Assembly: GCF_009914755.1 (NCBI RefSeq)
Contig: NC_060945.1
Length of the DNA stretch: 64,000 nt
Origin: the human T2T-CHM13v2.0 reference genome, Homo sapiens
Reading direction: 5' to 3' (one strand)
In this document: positions 49,253-64,000 of the stretch, piece by piece
Numbering within the stretch: position 1 is the first letter of the stretch
Layout of the letters: each line of letters starts with the position of its first letter
Translations under genes and position numbers: made by a program
Notes under the pieces: model-generated
Told to the model about the DNA's origin: nothing
The model's database searches: none
Seen by the model: only the letters and a program-made list of their open reading frames with translations

Positions 49253-49379
49253 CAGCTAATTTTTTCTATTTTAGTAGAGAAGGGGTTTTACCACCTTGGC
49301 CAGGATGGTCTCGATCTCCTGACCTCATGATCCACGCACCTCAGCCTCCCAAAGTGGTGGGATTAGAGGCATGAGCCAC
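49253..49379 (-). mobile_element. Half AluS (left arm only)
   Basis: cagctaattttt..gtagaga..gatctcctgacctc..ggcatgagccac. Confidence 0.88.
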
Positions 49380-50415
49380 AAAGTGCTCAAAAAATCTATT
49401 AATTAAAAATGTGTATGTAGCCGTCTTTAATCTACCATGTCCATTAGCAGATAAATACTATAAGCAAAATAACAACAATGAAAGAAACATAGACTTAGAG
49501 TAGATACTCTGATTTATTTAATAAAAATTTGAAAATAGACCAAATTACTCTATGATAAAAAAAAATCAGTTACTATTGAGGATGAGGGTTAGTGTTTGGA
49601 AAGGGGCAGAAGTATCTCTATTTTTAGTAATGTTCTATTTTCATACATGGTTATAAGCAAATACATGTGTTTCATTAATGAAGCTATCCATATTTAATCA
49701 TTGTACTTTTCTGCATGTATGATATATGTCAATAAATGTCTTAAATTATATACAGCAAAAATAGACAAAAGCACAAGAAGACATACACAAATGTTAAACC
49801 TAGAGAGAAATTTGAATATAAGTAAGTCTCTGAATGACTGGTAGAACAAACCGAAAAATAGGATGGAGAGGTTTGGAACAGCATGATTAGCAAAATTGAC
49901 ATATCTGTCTTTTAATATAGGTAGAAACATAGATAAAAACAGGATTTGTCTCGGAGCATGATTTCTGAAAATAGTGGAATCGAGTTTGAATCTAGTAAGT
50001 ACATATAAATAAATGTCTTAAAACTCCTCTTATGTTAGCTAATTAAGAAATATTATTGTAATAGACATTAGAAAATATTTTAATAAATTGAATGCATTTC
50101 ACATGCTAAGAAAATGATCTTACTTGCATTTGATAGTTCAATTAGATACATATATACCTATAGGTAGTTTAAAATATTTCTAATAACCTTATATACTTTT
50201 AAAAAAGCATTGATATCTGTTTGCACTATCTGGTCTATAGAGTACACATACCAAACATGATTATAGCTCTTCTGCTATAAACTTCAAATGTCTAATTAAT
50301 ACAAAAATCTAGAATGAGAAGAGTTCTTTGCAATTTTTTTTTTTTACGAAATAGAATATAGGAAAGATAGCTGCAAATATACCTGACACACTTATCTGTG
50401 AGTATGGTGGTAGCC

Positions 50416-50717
50416 TTTTTATTTTATTTTATTTTATTTTGAGAGAGGGTCTCACTTTGTCACCCAAGATGGAGTGCAGTCATGTGATCAGAGCTCACTG
50501 AAGCCTTCACATACTGTGCTCAAACGATTCTCCCACCTCAGCCTCCTGAGTAGCAGGGACGGCAGGTGCATGACACCATACTAGCTAATTTTTGTAAAGA
50601 TGGGGTTTCACCATGTTGCCCTGGCTGATCTCCAACTCCTGGACTCAAGAGATCTGGCCACCTTAGCCTCCCAAAGTGCTGGGATTATAGTTTTGAGGCA
50701 CCGCGATCAGCCCAGCC
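50416..50717 (-). mobile_element. AluJ-like SINE
   Basis: (ATTTT)n tail and full diverged body. Confidence 0.92.
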
Positions 50718-53700
50718 TTAAAAAAGGCTGACTAGAGATCTTTATCTATGTATATCTATATCTATTTATAAAATAAACATGTGTTTATTATATAAAATAT
50801 ATATTATTAATATATAAATTTTTTTTCAAGGTAGAAATATATAAAGAGGGTACATGTAGAGCCTCGGTCATTGTGTAGTAAAGCTCAAGGCCTTTGAAGA
50901 AATGCCCCTTGCCTCTTTTGTCTGTGCTAGAATCCGAGAAGGGAAATCAGCAGATGCACTGGTTCCCAGGTTCTTGGCATCCTACAGAGAGAAACATGTT
51001 TGAGCTAGGGTAGCGTTAAACACCCTTGTTCTTACTCTCCTGTTTTATGTAGTGAGCACAGACTAGCTTCATGAGAACAGACTGTGACAGTCGAGGCTGT
51101 CTGTTATTTTGTGCAGCATTAATTGAGAAATTCTAGTACCTGAAGACCCCTGGGCCATTTGAGGGTAGGTGCTGGGGAGGAAAGGGAAGTTTGCATCCCT
51201 CCTGCTGTGGAGAGAACCCGTGGGAAGCACAGACCTTGTCCTAACTGAAGGCAGACCCCTTGCTAACCAGCTTCTCATCAGCCAACCCTGGATGAGTTTC
51301 CATGTCTATTTACTAAATAATCCTTATTGCTTTTCTTCATATGGGCAAAGTATGGTTTACAGGGACTATTGTTCCTTTGAACACCCATCGTGCAAACTGC
51401 TTCCTGTTGTGGGAAAACAGGTTTCCATATGTGTCTTATTGGGAAACACATAGGCAATTTCTATGTTTTTACTGCATCTATTTCATGGATATGGGAACTG
51501 AATAGTGCCCATCAAAGGCTCTCCTGCTGTTGGAAATTGATCTGAGAGCGCGGAAGGACATAATTCTTTCTTTGTTCCTGGGCAGCGGTGGTTGAGGGAT
51601 CATTTTGTGGCAGCTACAGTGGCAATGATGGAGGCAGAATGGAGGGATCAGTACCAAGACAAGGAGAGACTTGGCCTCACAATGGCAGCATTGCAGGGGT
51701 GCGCTCTACAGAGCATTTGCTCACATGGTTTTGGGCATTGTCTCTAAATACATTGCTTCCCCAATAGGTTGACCCATTCTAAATAACTCCTTTTCTCTTT
51801 AAAAAAGGAAACTTCATTTGTATGACTTGCAATTGTAAATGACACCAATTGGCCAGTTATCATTCAAATTCTCTGTTACTTAATCCTGTCTTTTCCTGAC
51901 GTATGCAACTTCCCCTAAAAAATTGGACACTTTGTTGCTTACTCATTGTCTTTACACATTTTAAAATGTTGCTTTATGCCCCCAATCCCTAACTACATTT
52001 TCAATGTTTTGCAAGTGGAGTCCATGTGTTCTTGATTTACGTGAAGCTCAAAATAATGGTTATAGTAACTAGTACTTCATAATTAAGCAAAAAGCTCTTA
52101 TTGAAAAATGACAGAACTATACATAGAGATGACAACATGGAGAGATATTTCCTGAGATCACAAAGTTATGGTATGGCAGAACTAGAACGTTGAGAAGAGA
52201 CTCTGTGTTCCCAATCATTATTTCTACCAGCAGCTTTCTATTTGGATATTAATAATGTTCTTATGTGGGCAACCCTACATATTTGCCAAGGTTTAGTTCA
52301 TTGACAAAGAAATAGAAAGAGCTTCAAGAACACTCTAATCTTTAAAAAATAAAATATCTATAATTGGCCATATGAAAAAAAATTGGTACTTGACATATAC
52401 TGAGATCGTTTTATTTTGTGCGAGACAAATGAAGTCATAGAACAGAATGTGCTTTAAGTTTTATGAATAGTGCTTGCATGTGTGTGTGTGTGTCTATAGA
52501 TGCATATTAGGCCGTTGAAAAGTTTTATTATTCTTTCCAGAAGAGAGACTGCCAACTTTTGAACCTAATTAGAACAAGTAGATTGCTTCTTCATATTTTT
52601 ATGAAGGCAAAGAGAGTCTAGTTAAAAATAATTCAACTTATCGTGGAAACGCTATAAATTGCTGTGAAGTGAGTTGCTGGCTATGGCTTGTCAGAGCACA
52701 TATATTGTACAAATCTTAGGGGAGAATTAGTGCTTATGCATTAAAATCAAATCATCTTGCAGCACACCGAGAAAAAGGTTAGACTTTTAAAATAATTTCA
52801 AAGTCATGAAAAGAGCAAATATGCTCAAGAAAGAGCCTAGCAACGCTCAATGACCAATTCCCCTTTTATATAGTTTGGTATCTGAATTAGAATGCCAGAA
52901 TCTACAAATTCCTCTGGGTGAGGGTGCTGCATTTTGAGGATTTTATAACACTGCCATCACCAAGCTCTCTTTTGTTATTCACTTTAAGGAGATAATTTAC
53001 GGGCAACCAGGGAACATAAACCAAAGTAGATGTCTATCTAGATATATAGATACATCTCCATATCATTGACAAGATACCTTCTGGCCTAGTGTGAGTACAA
53101 TCTATGGGTGTGGTTGGAGAGAACATGTGTTCCACCTGAATGGCAGATCAAGATTATTCCTTCTCATCTGCTGCAATGGCTCAGTGTGTTAAGGAGAGGA
53201 GCGAGACAGCAAGAACTGCATTCACTTAGTCATACAGACCAAAAGGAGGAATGTCGCCCAGCCCTCTTAACTGACCCAGAACACAGCTCATGTCTCAACT
53301 GCTACCTCTACTATTTAGAAAGAAGTGACTCTGCCAAATCAGGGTTCTGGACAAATATATTTTTATTGATCACATACAAATAGATGAAGATGGACTTGGA
53401 TGTTAAGAAAAATAATACTATACAAAATCAAGAGTAGACAGTCACTCCTAGACTTAAATTAAGAGTGTGTACATTAGATAATTTAATCCAATGTATCAGG
53501 TAAAAACTTGAACAAACCTTTTGGCCTCTTCCATACAATTCAGGGAAGCATGTCCTCCACAAAACAGTATCAAAATATAAATAAAAGACTGGCTTAAGAT
53601 GAAAGGAAACCTTATGAATGAAAAGAAGCCAGATGAGAGGCACTTAACTGAGAATGAAAAGAAACTGAGTGGACAAAATAATTATGAGAAGATGAACCTT

Positions 53701-54689
53701 CAAATCAGAAAGAGGGAAAAAAGCTTATTTGATACTATGGGAACTCAAAAGAGAGTGAACACAAATGTGAAAATTCCAGGAGTAAAGAAAAGTAGCACAG
53801 CTGAATTAAGAGCATGAGAAAATGTATACAATTTTGAGTAATAAGAACAGAAATCAAAAGTAACTATTGTATGTTATATTTTAGTAGAGCAACACTGAAG
53901 AAGAATGAAAACAAGAAATAATATTAAATATGAACATAAGGAGAAGAGAATAATATTTTTAAAATTTTGAGTTTCTAAGTTTACCTGAAATTTTAATTTT
54001 GGTTTCTTATGTAATACCAGAGTTATTAGGAAGTTATTAGCTAATAACACTATTTTCAGTGATATTTTAAGTATTTGTCCTAGAAAAATTTCTATTTTTT
54101 AAAAATGTATATTTAAAAATACATTAAATGTGTATATATATCAATCATATGTATCGATTTCTGTTTTTTTTTTGAATTGCAAATGAAATCTGTATTTTTG
54201 TGTTCCTGGAAAAAAATAAACTTGACTGGATCGTAATATATTATTCATGCTGTAATTCAATGTATTTGAATACTTTAAGAATGTTACATTTATAGTTAAC
54301 AGACATTGACCTATAAATTTTCTTTCATATAATGATGCTGTGAGACAATCTAAGAAGAATTAAAATTTAAATTCATGTATTCCTACATTTTCCTCTGTTC
54401 TCTAACTGTAATATATTTTAATTACAGATGGAGGAACAGATAGATGTTAGATAAATAGGTATATAATAGATAGATCATCCAAAATTCTTATTCTTATGGT
54501 TTTATGCAGTCAGTATTTACCTCTATTTTTCTACATGTTTATCCTTCCAATTTAGTTAATTACTTCCTGCACCTTTGATGTCATATATATAAACAGGAAA
54601 TAACACGTGGTGGCCAGAATGTAGAGAGAGCCACAAGACTTGTGAATAAAATCCACAGGCAAGCATGTGGCGATTCCTTTTGCAGTTTT

Positions 54690-55332
54690 GGAGGGAATGC
54701 CAAACCCTATGTTTGCTGTGGAAAAGAGTATGGTAGTTCCTCAAAACATCAAAATGATATTGCCATATGACTCAGCAGCGCCACATCTCAGGATAGCAAA
54801 AGAATTGAAAGCAGAGTCTTGAAAAAATATTTGCACATCCATGTTTGCAGCAGCATTATTGGCAATAGCTAAAACGTAGAAGCACGTGAAGTGTCCAACA
54901 ACAGATGAATGGATAAGCACAATATGATATATACATACAATAGAATATTATTCAGCCTTAAACATGAGGGAAATATTCTGACATATGTTGCAACTTGGAT
55001 GAAACTTGAGGATATTATGCCAAGTGAAATAACTTAGTCAGTGAAGGACAAATACAGTATAATTCCATTTGTATAAGGGACTTAAAGTGGACAGAATCAC
55101 AGAGATAGTACAATGATGGTTGCCAGAAGCTGGGGGGAGGAAGAAATGGGGAAGTATTGTTTAATGGGTATAGAGTTTCAGTTTCACAAGATGAAACGAG
55201 TTATGGAGATGGATGGTAGGGATGGCTGCACAATGTTATGACTATATTTAGTACCACTGAACTGTACTCTTAAAATGGTTAACAGAGTACATTTTATGTT
55301 ATGTGTATTTTATCACAATAAAAAAAATAAAA
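54690..55332 (+). mobile_element. L1MB-like 3' end
   Basis: acagatgaatggataa...gtttaatgggtatagagtttcagttt...cactgaactgtac..aaaatggtta, A tail. Confidence 0.85.
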
Positions 55333-57399
55333 TACCTTAGGAACATTTTCCTGAAAGAGTCCACATAAAATTCGTTTTAATGCATGTGTTTATGCATAGC
55401 TTTCTATTTTTCTCTTTTCTATTTATATTCCAAATTAGAATATAATGCTAATCAAGCATAGTGGCTGTGTTTCTTGCTTCCTGTAGTCTGCAGGTAGCAT
55501 ACAAATGTAATAAACTACTTATTCATGTCACATCTATTTATTTTCTGCCTTATACCAAGCTTGTGGGATTCTCTTAAATACAACATTTTTATACTTACAT
55601 CTAGGCAATACCCATTAGCATCGCCTTCCTAAATCAGGGGAAATTGAGCCTCTGTAAGGTGGAGTAACTTCCTAAGATACAAAACTCAGCATTAAAGTCT
55701 GTATACTTCAATATCCTGCCCCCTTCTCATTTGTCTTTACTGCCTTTTATGTATGTGTTAGATATTCAATAAATTCTGTTTTTTAAACTGAATTTAAGCC
55801 GTGGAGCAGTGTTTTGTTGAACAATAAATATGATATAAGACACTCTTCCTCCCTTTCATTTATGATGCAGTTCATGAAAAAGAGAAACTCTTTCATTGTG
55901 CTAGAAGCTTAAAGTAATGAAAATGCCACGTTCTATATTAAACAGAAACTGAAGGGAATCAAGGTGAATTGCATGAGACATAGAAAACAAGTGGGAAAGA
56001 AATCTAGTATAATTTGCCCTTTGTGTACCTTTATTATTTAGCGTTTGAGTAAATGTTTCCCCCAAATATCTTCCCATCTTAATTCATGTCTATAAAGTAG
56101 ACATTTATGTCTCACCTTGTCAAGAAGGGCAAACTCTAACATAAACATTTCCCAAAAATGCTTCCTGCTAAAACGTAAGCTCAGTCTGGCTAGAAATTAA
56201 GCTCACTTCATAAAGATTAATTGGTAGCTAATCTTTGCATGCTGTTCTCTGAACTTGAGTGAAAGCTGTCCATCAGGCATACAGGGAATGATGGAAAAAG
56301 TGACAACAGAAGATGAATGCTATGTCACTAACCTTCAAATATGACCTTCCTTGTCTTTTAAATTCTTGATATCTTAAGACTTCATTAATTCATCTCTCTT
56401 TGCCCTGGGTTCAACATTGTGCTATACCAAAACTCATGTAAAACAATGATCTAAGGTAATAAAAATGGCATTTTTCTTTCATGTGGATGCAAGCTAACTG
56501 GCATTTTTACAATCAACATATTTCCTTTGTCAATTTTTGATTCTGTATTGGAAGTAATTCATGGGTATTTCTGAAGGGAAGATGGTGTTTCTGTGTTCAT
56601 TGTGATCCAAACTGTTTTTAGACCTAGTGGCGTTTGTAAAACAATTTGTGCCAGCTGACCAAGGACCACTGTGGCAGAAAGCAGCAAACTTGCGTAAGAT
56701 GTCACTGCCTCATCAGTTGGCTTTGAAAACTAGGGGCTTACTCTATAGTCTTATGAATCAAAGACATTGATAGATGTAGTATAAGATTACAATCATATTT
56801 TCCTTTTGACAGTCACATTATAAAGCATGATGTATTGTAATTAATCTCAATTAGCTGATCACAATTAAAATTAATAAGGTTTCTTATTGCTGATAAAAAT
56901 CATGACTCTCCTGTTCTCAAATGTGCAAGAAATTCTTGTAATTTTAATACAAATTTGCATATTATTACTAATTGATTTAATCTCATTGGATTTGGTTCAT
57001 GGACCCAATTTATTAAAATATTGATAATGGGGTAATGATTTGTCTCCCCATTTCATTTACACTAAAAGCCACAATTCTTACAATGGTCTGCAAGCCCATC
57101 ATTATCTGCCGCATGTTAACCGCCAAAATTCTTTTATATCTTCACCCTTCATCTTACCAGTGTTCCTGGCCACCTCACTGTCCTATAGACATGCCAACAA
57201 GCTGCTGTCTTATGACGAAGACTAGTTAATTTCTTGGCCTGGAAAGATAGCCCTCCATATATCCATTGATGATCTCATTCAACTTCCTCAAGTCTTTACT
57301 GAAACCTCACATTCTCGATGAGACCTATTCAGTATTTCAAACTGCCTCCCAGTTGCAACATTCCAAAACCCCTTACTCTTCTGTGTATTTTTGAAAGGA

Positions 57400-59960
57400 T
57401 TTTTTGAGATATAATTCACATAGAGTGCACACATTAATGTCTACAAGTCAATGGCTTTTCGTATATGCACAGATAAGTGGAGCCATCATCACAATGAATT
57501 TTAGAGCATTTTCATCACTTCAAAAAGAAACCCCACCTTCTCTAGCTGTTAACCTCCTATGAACCCATCCCCTCCTCAATTCTAAGCAACCGCAAATCTG
57601 TTTTCTATCTCTATAGATTTTCCTATTCTATTTTCATCTAAATAGAATCATACAATAGGTGGCCTTTTGTGCCTGGCTTCTTTCAGTTGGCATAATGCTA
57701 TCAAGTTTCATATACGTATTGGTACTTTATTTCTTTTTATAACCGTATAATATTCAATTTCACGGATATAACATTTTGTTTATCCAATAATATTTTTATT
57801 GACATTTGAGTTGTGTTCAGTTTTTGGCTATTTTAAATACTGCTGCTAAAAATACTTGTGTACAATTTGTGTTTGAACACCTCTTTCCAATAATCTGGGT
57901 GTATACCTAGGAATAAATTTCTAGGTCATATGACAATTCTATGTTTAATATATTTAGAAGCCATCAAAGTATTTTCCAAAGTGGCCAATTCTAGCCATAG
58001 AGTGTCTAACTGTGGTTTTGATTTGTAGTTGCCTGATGAGTGATGCTATTGAGTATGTTTTTATGGGATTATTGACCGTTCGTGTATCTTCTTGGGAAAC
58101 ACATCTATTCCTATCATTTATCAGTTTTGAGTTGGGATATTTGTTACTGAGTTAAAACAATTTTTCTATATTCAAGATACATATATATACAGACATATAG
58201 ATACGTGTTTTTCAAATATCTTCTCACAATTTTTGAGCTGCCTTTTGACTTGCTTGGTTGTCCTTTGAAACACCAATGTCTTTAATTTTTAACAAATTTT
58301 AAATATCTAATTTTTATTTTGTTGCTCATGTTTTTGGTGTTACAGCTATTTCCTTGCTAGATCCAAAATCGTGAAGATTTTCCCATATGCTTTATTCTAG
58401 CTCTTGCATGTATGTATTTAATTCATTTGAGTTAATATTTTTGTATGCTTTGGGGTAAGGGTTCCAATTTATTATTTTGCAAGTGGTGATCCACGTGTAC
58501 GTTGTTGACCCAGTTTGTTCAAAGACTGTCTCTTCCTCATTGAATTGCACATGTCACCACTGTAAGAATCCATTGACTATAGATACATAGTTTCATATAT
58601 GGACTCTCAATTCTCTTCCATCAATCTATATATTTTTCCTTCATCAGTATTGTGTTTTCTTGATTACTGATGCTTTGCCGTAAGGTTTGGAGCAGGAGGT
58701 GTTAATTATCCTAATATGTTTTCTTTTTTCAAGACTATTTTGGCTATTTTGAGTCCCTTACAATTCCATGTGTATTTTAGAATCACCTTGTCAGTTTCTA
58801 GACAGAAGTCTGTTGGGATACTTGTACGGATTTCATCAAATCTGTAGTTCAAATTGTAAAGTACTACAATATTAAATCTTCCAATTCATGGGTGTAAGAT
58901 GTTTGCTAATTATTTAGATCTTCTTTAAACAATAATTTTTAATTTTCAGAGTAAAATCTTGTATAATATTTTCCAAATTAATTATTATTTCTTTTTTTGA
59001 TGCTGTTGTAAATTGAAATGTTTTCTTAATTTCATTTTGGGGTTTTCATTGTAGATGTGTGCAATTGGTTTTTGTATATTTACCTTGTATGCTGTAATAT
59101 TGTTGAAATAATTTACTAGTTCTATTGATCAGTGGATTCCTTAAAATTTTCTATATACAAGAATGTTATTTGCAAATAAAGTTTCATTTCTTCCTGTTCA
59201 ATATAGGTGACTCTTATTTCTTTACTTGCCGATTAGCCCTGCATAAAATCTTTAGTACAGTGTTGACTAGAAGAGGTCAAAGTATATATCTTATTCTTAT
59301 CTCCGACCATTGCGGGAAAGTATCCTTTCTTTCACCACTAAGTTGAATGTTTGTTGTTGGCTTTTCACAGGTGCCATGTATCTGGTGTAGAAAGTTCTCT
59401 ATTCCTGGTTCATTGAGTTTTAATTTTTATTTGTAATTATTAAAGCATTTGGATTTTCTTAAATGTCTTTTCTGAATCTATCGAGATGATCACGCAATTC
59501 TTGTTTCTTATTCTATGGATAAGATGTATTATCTTAGTGGGTTTTAGGCTGTTAAACCAACCTGGGATGACTAGTATTAATTTCACTTTGTCATAGTGTA
59601 TAATTCTTTTATATGTTGCTACATTTGATTTGTTAGTATTTTTTAAAGAATTTTGCATTTATACTTATAGTAGTTTTATTTTTCTATGCTATTTGGACTA
59701 AATTTCGTATCAAGGTAACACTGGCCCCACAGAATAAATTGGGAAGTGAATATTTCTCTATTTAAAAAAAAGTTAGTCAAGAATTAATATCAGTTAGTCA
59801 ATACCAACAAATATGATCAATATTATAAATTATTAATTTCTCTGATTTTTATTTTCTTCCTTCTGCTTGCTTTAGGTTTAGTTTGCTATTTTTTCCAGTA
59901 CCTTAATGTGGAAGGTCATCTTATCTCATCCTTTCATTTGTCTTTTCATTTTCAAAATAG
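57400..59960 (-). mobile_element. Old L1M 3' region (ORF2/3' UTR remnants)
   Basis: ORF 59440-59658 (HYDKVKLILVIPGWFN..CVIISIDSEKTFKKIQ) is degenerate L1 RT; L1M 3' UTR motifs near 57420-57800. Confidence 0.8.
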
Positions 59961-59974
59961 TGTCTTTTTAGCAT

Positions 59975-60290
59975 CAGGTGAGCTCCCCAGGTTGGTAGTA
60001 CTCCATGTTTATTGCTGTACAACAATGACAGGTAGTACGTCCTGAAGACAATGGAAACAACATTCAAAATCCTCCTAGATTCCACCTTATGTGATATGTC
60101 CCTTCCTTTGATTGGTTCTAATTTCTACCCTTTCTCTATTATAAACCATGAATACAATGGCATTCAATGAGTTCTGTGAGTCTTTCTAGTAAATTCTTGA
60201 AACTGAGGGTGTTCTGGGGAAACCCCTGAACTTGCAGTTGGTGTCAAAAGTGAGAATCGTATATGGCCTCTTCCTTTGAACTTTGCAGCT
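59975..60290 (+). mobile_element. MER21-like LTR fragment
   Basis: tgagttctgtgagtctttctagtaaatt..gaaactgagggtg..cccctgaacttgcagttggtgtca. Confidence 0.65.
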
Positions 60291-60871
60291 GGACCCAAAC
60301 TCTGCACAATTTGGGCCAGAAGTCTCGTGTTGACTTTGCAGCCTAAATTATCTTGTAGTTTGTCTAACCCTTAATAAATTTGCTTTCATCAAATATTGTA
60401 TTTGTTATCCCAAAATTACCATCATGTTTTTTTCTCCAAATAACTAAAATTGGGAGAAATAGCCAGCTGAATCTGTAACTCAACAGAAACAAGTGATCCA
60501 TATACCATATAAGTGGCCATTTCATTTTGTCTCCTTCCACCAAATCTTAGCAACCTCAACCATTACCATGAGCCACTGTAGGCCTACCGGCTACAAACAA
60601 ACAAGTGTCTTTAAAAACATTTCACACTCCCATTTGATAAATTTCCCAGCAAAGAGATGACTGCTTTAACTCTATGCACGTGGGTCATATTCGCAAAGTC
60701 TGGAGATATTATTCATGTAGTGTGAGAAAATCATCCCAGCGATGCCAGCACATTCTCCTTCCCATGATCTGCTTAGTTTGCAAACATGTTCAGGCCATAG
60801 GTGAGAGATTTGCATTTTACAGTACAACAATTTTATGGAGGACATTGAAACCTAGATTGAGCATTTTAGTA

Positions 60872-61212
60872 CAGTCACACATCACTGAATGTTAGGGATA
60901 CGTTCTAACAGATGCATCCATAGGCAATTTCATCGTTTTGTAAACATCACAGAGAATATTACAAACACTTAGATTGTACAGCCTACCACTTCTAGGTTAT
61001 ATGGTAGAGCCTCTCTCTCCTAGGCTACAAACCTGTGTACTACATTACCGTACTGAATACTGCAGGCAATAAGAACACAGTGATAAGAGTTTATGTATGT
61101 AAACATACTTAAACATAGAAAAGTATGTAAAAATATGTATTATAATCTCATGGACCACTTTTGCATATGTAATCCATCTTTGACAGAAATGTTATTATGC
61201 ATTACATGACTC
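60872..61212 (+). mobile_element. Tigger3a/MER7A-like DNA transposon
   Basis: cagtca...catgactc termini flanked by TA; ctcctaggctacaaacctgt internal motif. Confidence 0.8.
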
Positions 61213-64000
61213 TAAGACAAAAATAAAATAACACATTGTAAAAAATGTACACATGTACCAAACATATTAATATTATAAAAATAAAAATATTCAGTGTAAG
61301 AATTTGTAGTGATCACAAAATATTCACAGCTTATATTTTAGTACAGTTGCAAAAGCCTAGTGCAATTACTATTTATTTCTGTGTGTATATTAAACATGTA
61401 TATAATAAATATTTTTCAGGTTCAACAATATATATCAATCCTACTGGCTCTTATAAATATTAGTTAAAATCAATTAGTAAATTCATGTATATATATACAC
61501 ACATGTGTATCAGTGAGTGTGTGTGCATGTATGGGTGTGAATGTAATTGTAGGTGTGTGTAAATGTAATTGGATGCATCCTAATATTTATCCTACCTACA
61601 AGATTTCCAAGATTCATTTATTATCTTTAGATGATGTGCATTTAAAGATTTACCAAATAAAACTCTAATCGTGGAAAATCTCAAGATGTTATTAAATTCA
61701 CCTTGTGCACATAATTGTTTCTTTAAATTTATGTTTCTTGCAAAACCAGCATTAACGCTCATGCACAAAATAATTTTCTAAATAAAAAATGAAAACATTT
61801 TCTCAGTCATTAATTCTTAATAATTATTTCTCTCCAATAATTAATGTGAATTGATTCTTAATTCTTAACTATAGAATAATGTTGCCCTTCAGAATTCTGA
61901 AACTTTTGCATGTTGTATACATTTCACTAACTAGTTAGAACAACTTCTGGAATATTGGCATTAATTAATGTCACTCAGCAATTATTGATTTCAAAGAAAT
62001 TAAATACCTGAATCACAAGGGTATTTTGGCATCTAATTTAATCAAGCTCTTTGTATCATCATCTACACGTTAATTACTTAACAAACATTTCTCTGTGTGA
62101 GAAAGTTTGAGCAGGTTATTGTGCTTTGTTAATATGCAACTTTTGCTTAATCTAGAGATAGGCAACGCTCCCTGTAAGGGACAAAGAGAAAAATGAATGA
62201 GCAATAGAGATGTGACAGGCATGGAAAAAGACAATACATTTATAAAACAAATAGGGCCACAGATGACGATAATGGGGATAAATCTTGAGATACTGACTCA
62301 GTTTACAACCGCACTGTATAATAGAGCAAATCATTTGTTAATTTTTTTACAAATGGAATTTAATTTAATTAAGATGAATAAAGTATTTTAAACAAGGCTT
62401 GTCATCTTAAAATAAAATAGTGGAATAAAGTGATAAAACCAATGTAAAAATCATAAACATTGTATAAAGAATTTTTTCAGGTAATTTAATATTTTTGTTT
62501 ATTTAAAATCACCCTAATCAAAATAATATTATCTTAATTAACAAGTAATCATCAGAAGTTTAACTAATTTTTACTTTATAATACTAGGTTTAAAAATTCT
62601 TAACTATATTTTTAAGCATATATGCTTATATATAAAATAGACACAGGATATATATTTACATGTTCACAATATTATATTGTAATTGTTCCTATGCATGCGG
62701 GTTTTCAATAGAATTAATAAGTACTTTTAAAAGGTTCCAATTTCAATGATATATATGCTTGATTTTTCTTTGACAAAGCATACATATATTGATAGGTAAT
62801 AATATGAAAATCTTCTAAAGACATTACAGGAACATGAAAATGTAATTAAATACTCAATAATTTGTAATGTTTTATGTAAGCAGAACACATTTAACTGAAA
62901 ATCGCTTTTATGTAATACTCAAACGAGACTAAAAACATTTTAACTAGCGGAGTAAGTCTTCAAATTGATAATCTGAACTACATAAGAGTAGAAACTTCAG
63001 GCACTCAAATATTTGAAATGCTACAAAATACTTATATAAACTAATATTTAAAAATTTCTGTTTGTAGAGTGCTACACAGTAATCAATATAAATGACATCT
63101 CAAGTCTTTCTATAGCTTTGACCACATTTACCTCCTAATTTTAATTATTAATATGTTGGAGCAGTACATACAACAAGACTCCGATCTTCCTTTTTAATGA
63201 GTAAAAATATATCCTTTGAGACAGCATTAAAGAAAGAGCACCTTGTATAAATTCAATTCAAAGAGACAAGATATTCTTGACTCTGAAGTCTTGTTCGTTG
63301 ATACAGCAATGTAATTAATAATAAGAAGAAAAGCAGGACATAGATGTGGAGACTATTTTAATCAAAAATTGTCTATAGATTTTGATGATAAAATTTAAAA
63401 ATCTACTGTATTTAGTTAGTTACAAAAAACTAGGTTATAGGAACATATTTGGTCAATAAAACACCCCTACCAAATGCTGACAAGAAAAAAAGTTAGGTAT
63501 CACCTTTCTTCTCTGCAGATGGCCTGAGATGGGTTAATTTAAAGGAATGCTTCCAAACCTGAGGTGACCCCTGAGAACAGCATAATCCACTGCTGTCTCC
63601 TACATTCAGTTTCTCAGTCTGTGATCTTTTAATTTTGTGGGGAGGGAAGCCAGTCCTTTAAAGCGATCTTCAGCATGATGGCAGAGCCAAGGAGTGTGGA
63701 CAGGTGGCACGGTGTCTGACTTTGTTCCAGCAGCCACTTGGGCTTTCTCTGGGTCTTCTGTGACCTAGGGATAGCACCACTATTGAAAACATGTCTTTGT
63801 GACATTCTCTATGCCAGGAACTCCCAACACATTTTCCTTGAAACTGATGAAATGAATAAAAATAAACCAAGAGGTGTGCTGTTTGTTTCTGTTTCCTCCT
63901 TTCTGCAGCCCTTCTTGATCATCTAATATTTTTAAATACATTGTCGATCACCAAAAGGAGCATAAGGGCTTTATTGATTTGTAGTAGATGTATTAATAGT

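Noticed and set aside
49400-64000. Short ORFs of 60-95 aa as additional gene fragments
   Set aside because: No recognisable homology apart from decayed L1 pieces; lengths fit chance.

Overview
Human or great-ape genomic DNA (Alu, L1PA, THE1, MER elements) with the mosaic layout of a pericentromeric segmental-duplication zone. No intact protein-coding gene is evident, and the chromosome cannot be assigned from the sequence alone. Blocks: (1) 1-14786, AT-rich, carrying an orphan copy of the first coding exon of ROBO2 isoform a (11100-11221, minus strand, absent from the ORF track) beside a 1.4-kb AT-rich array flanked by a 134-bp inverted repeat and a second inverted templated insert. (2) A GC-rich CAAAAAGCCGCGGCGGCGGGGG array at 14787-16510. 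(3) About 22 kb of old repeats, then a full-length but inactivated L1PA3-like LINE (about 38750-44907, minus) whose 5' end abuts a (CATTT)n islet. (4) A KSR1 exon-1/intron-1 fragment (about 45260-48430, minus). (5) A second GC array (48431-49102) with the same ~140-bp right flank as the first, then repeat-rich DNA. The most notable pattern is a module seen twice: minus-strand 5' gene fragment, GC array starting at CCGCGGCGG, then a shared flank with a conserved GTAAGT donor. It may act as a duplicon junction and portable promoter, which is an untested hypothesis. Gene and repeat family names come from remembered sequences, not from a database search.
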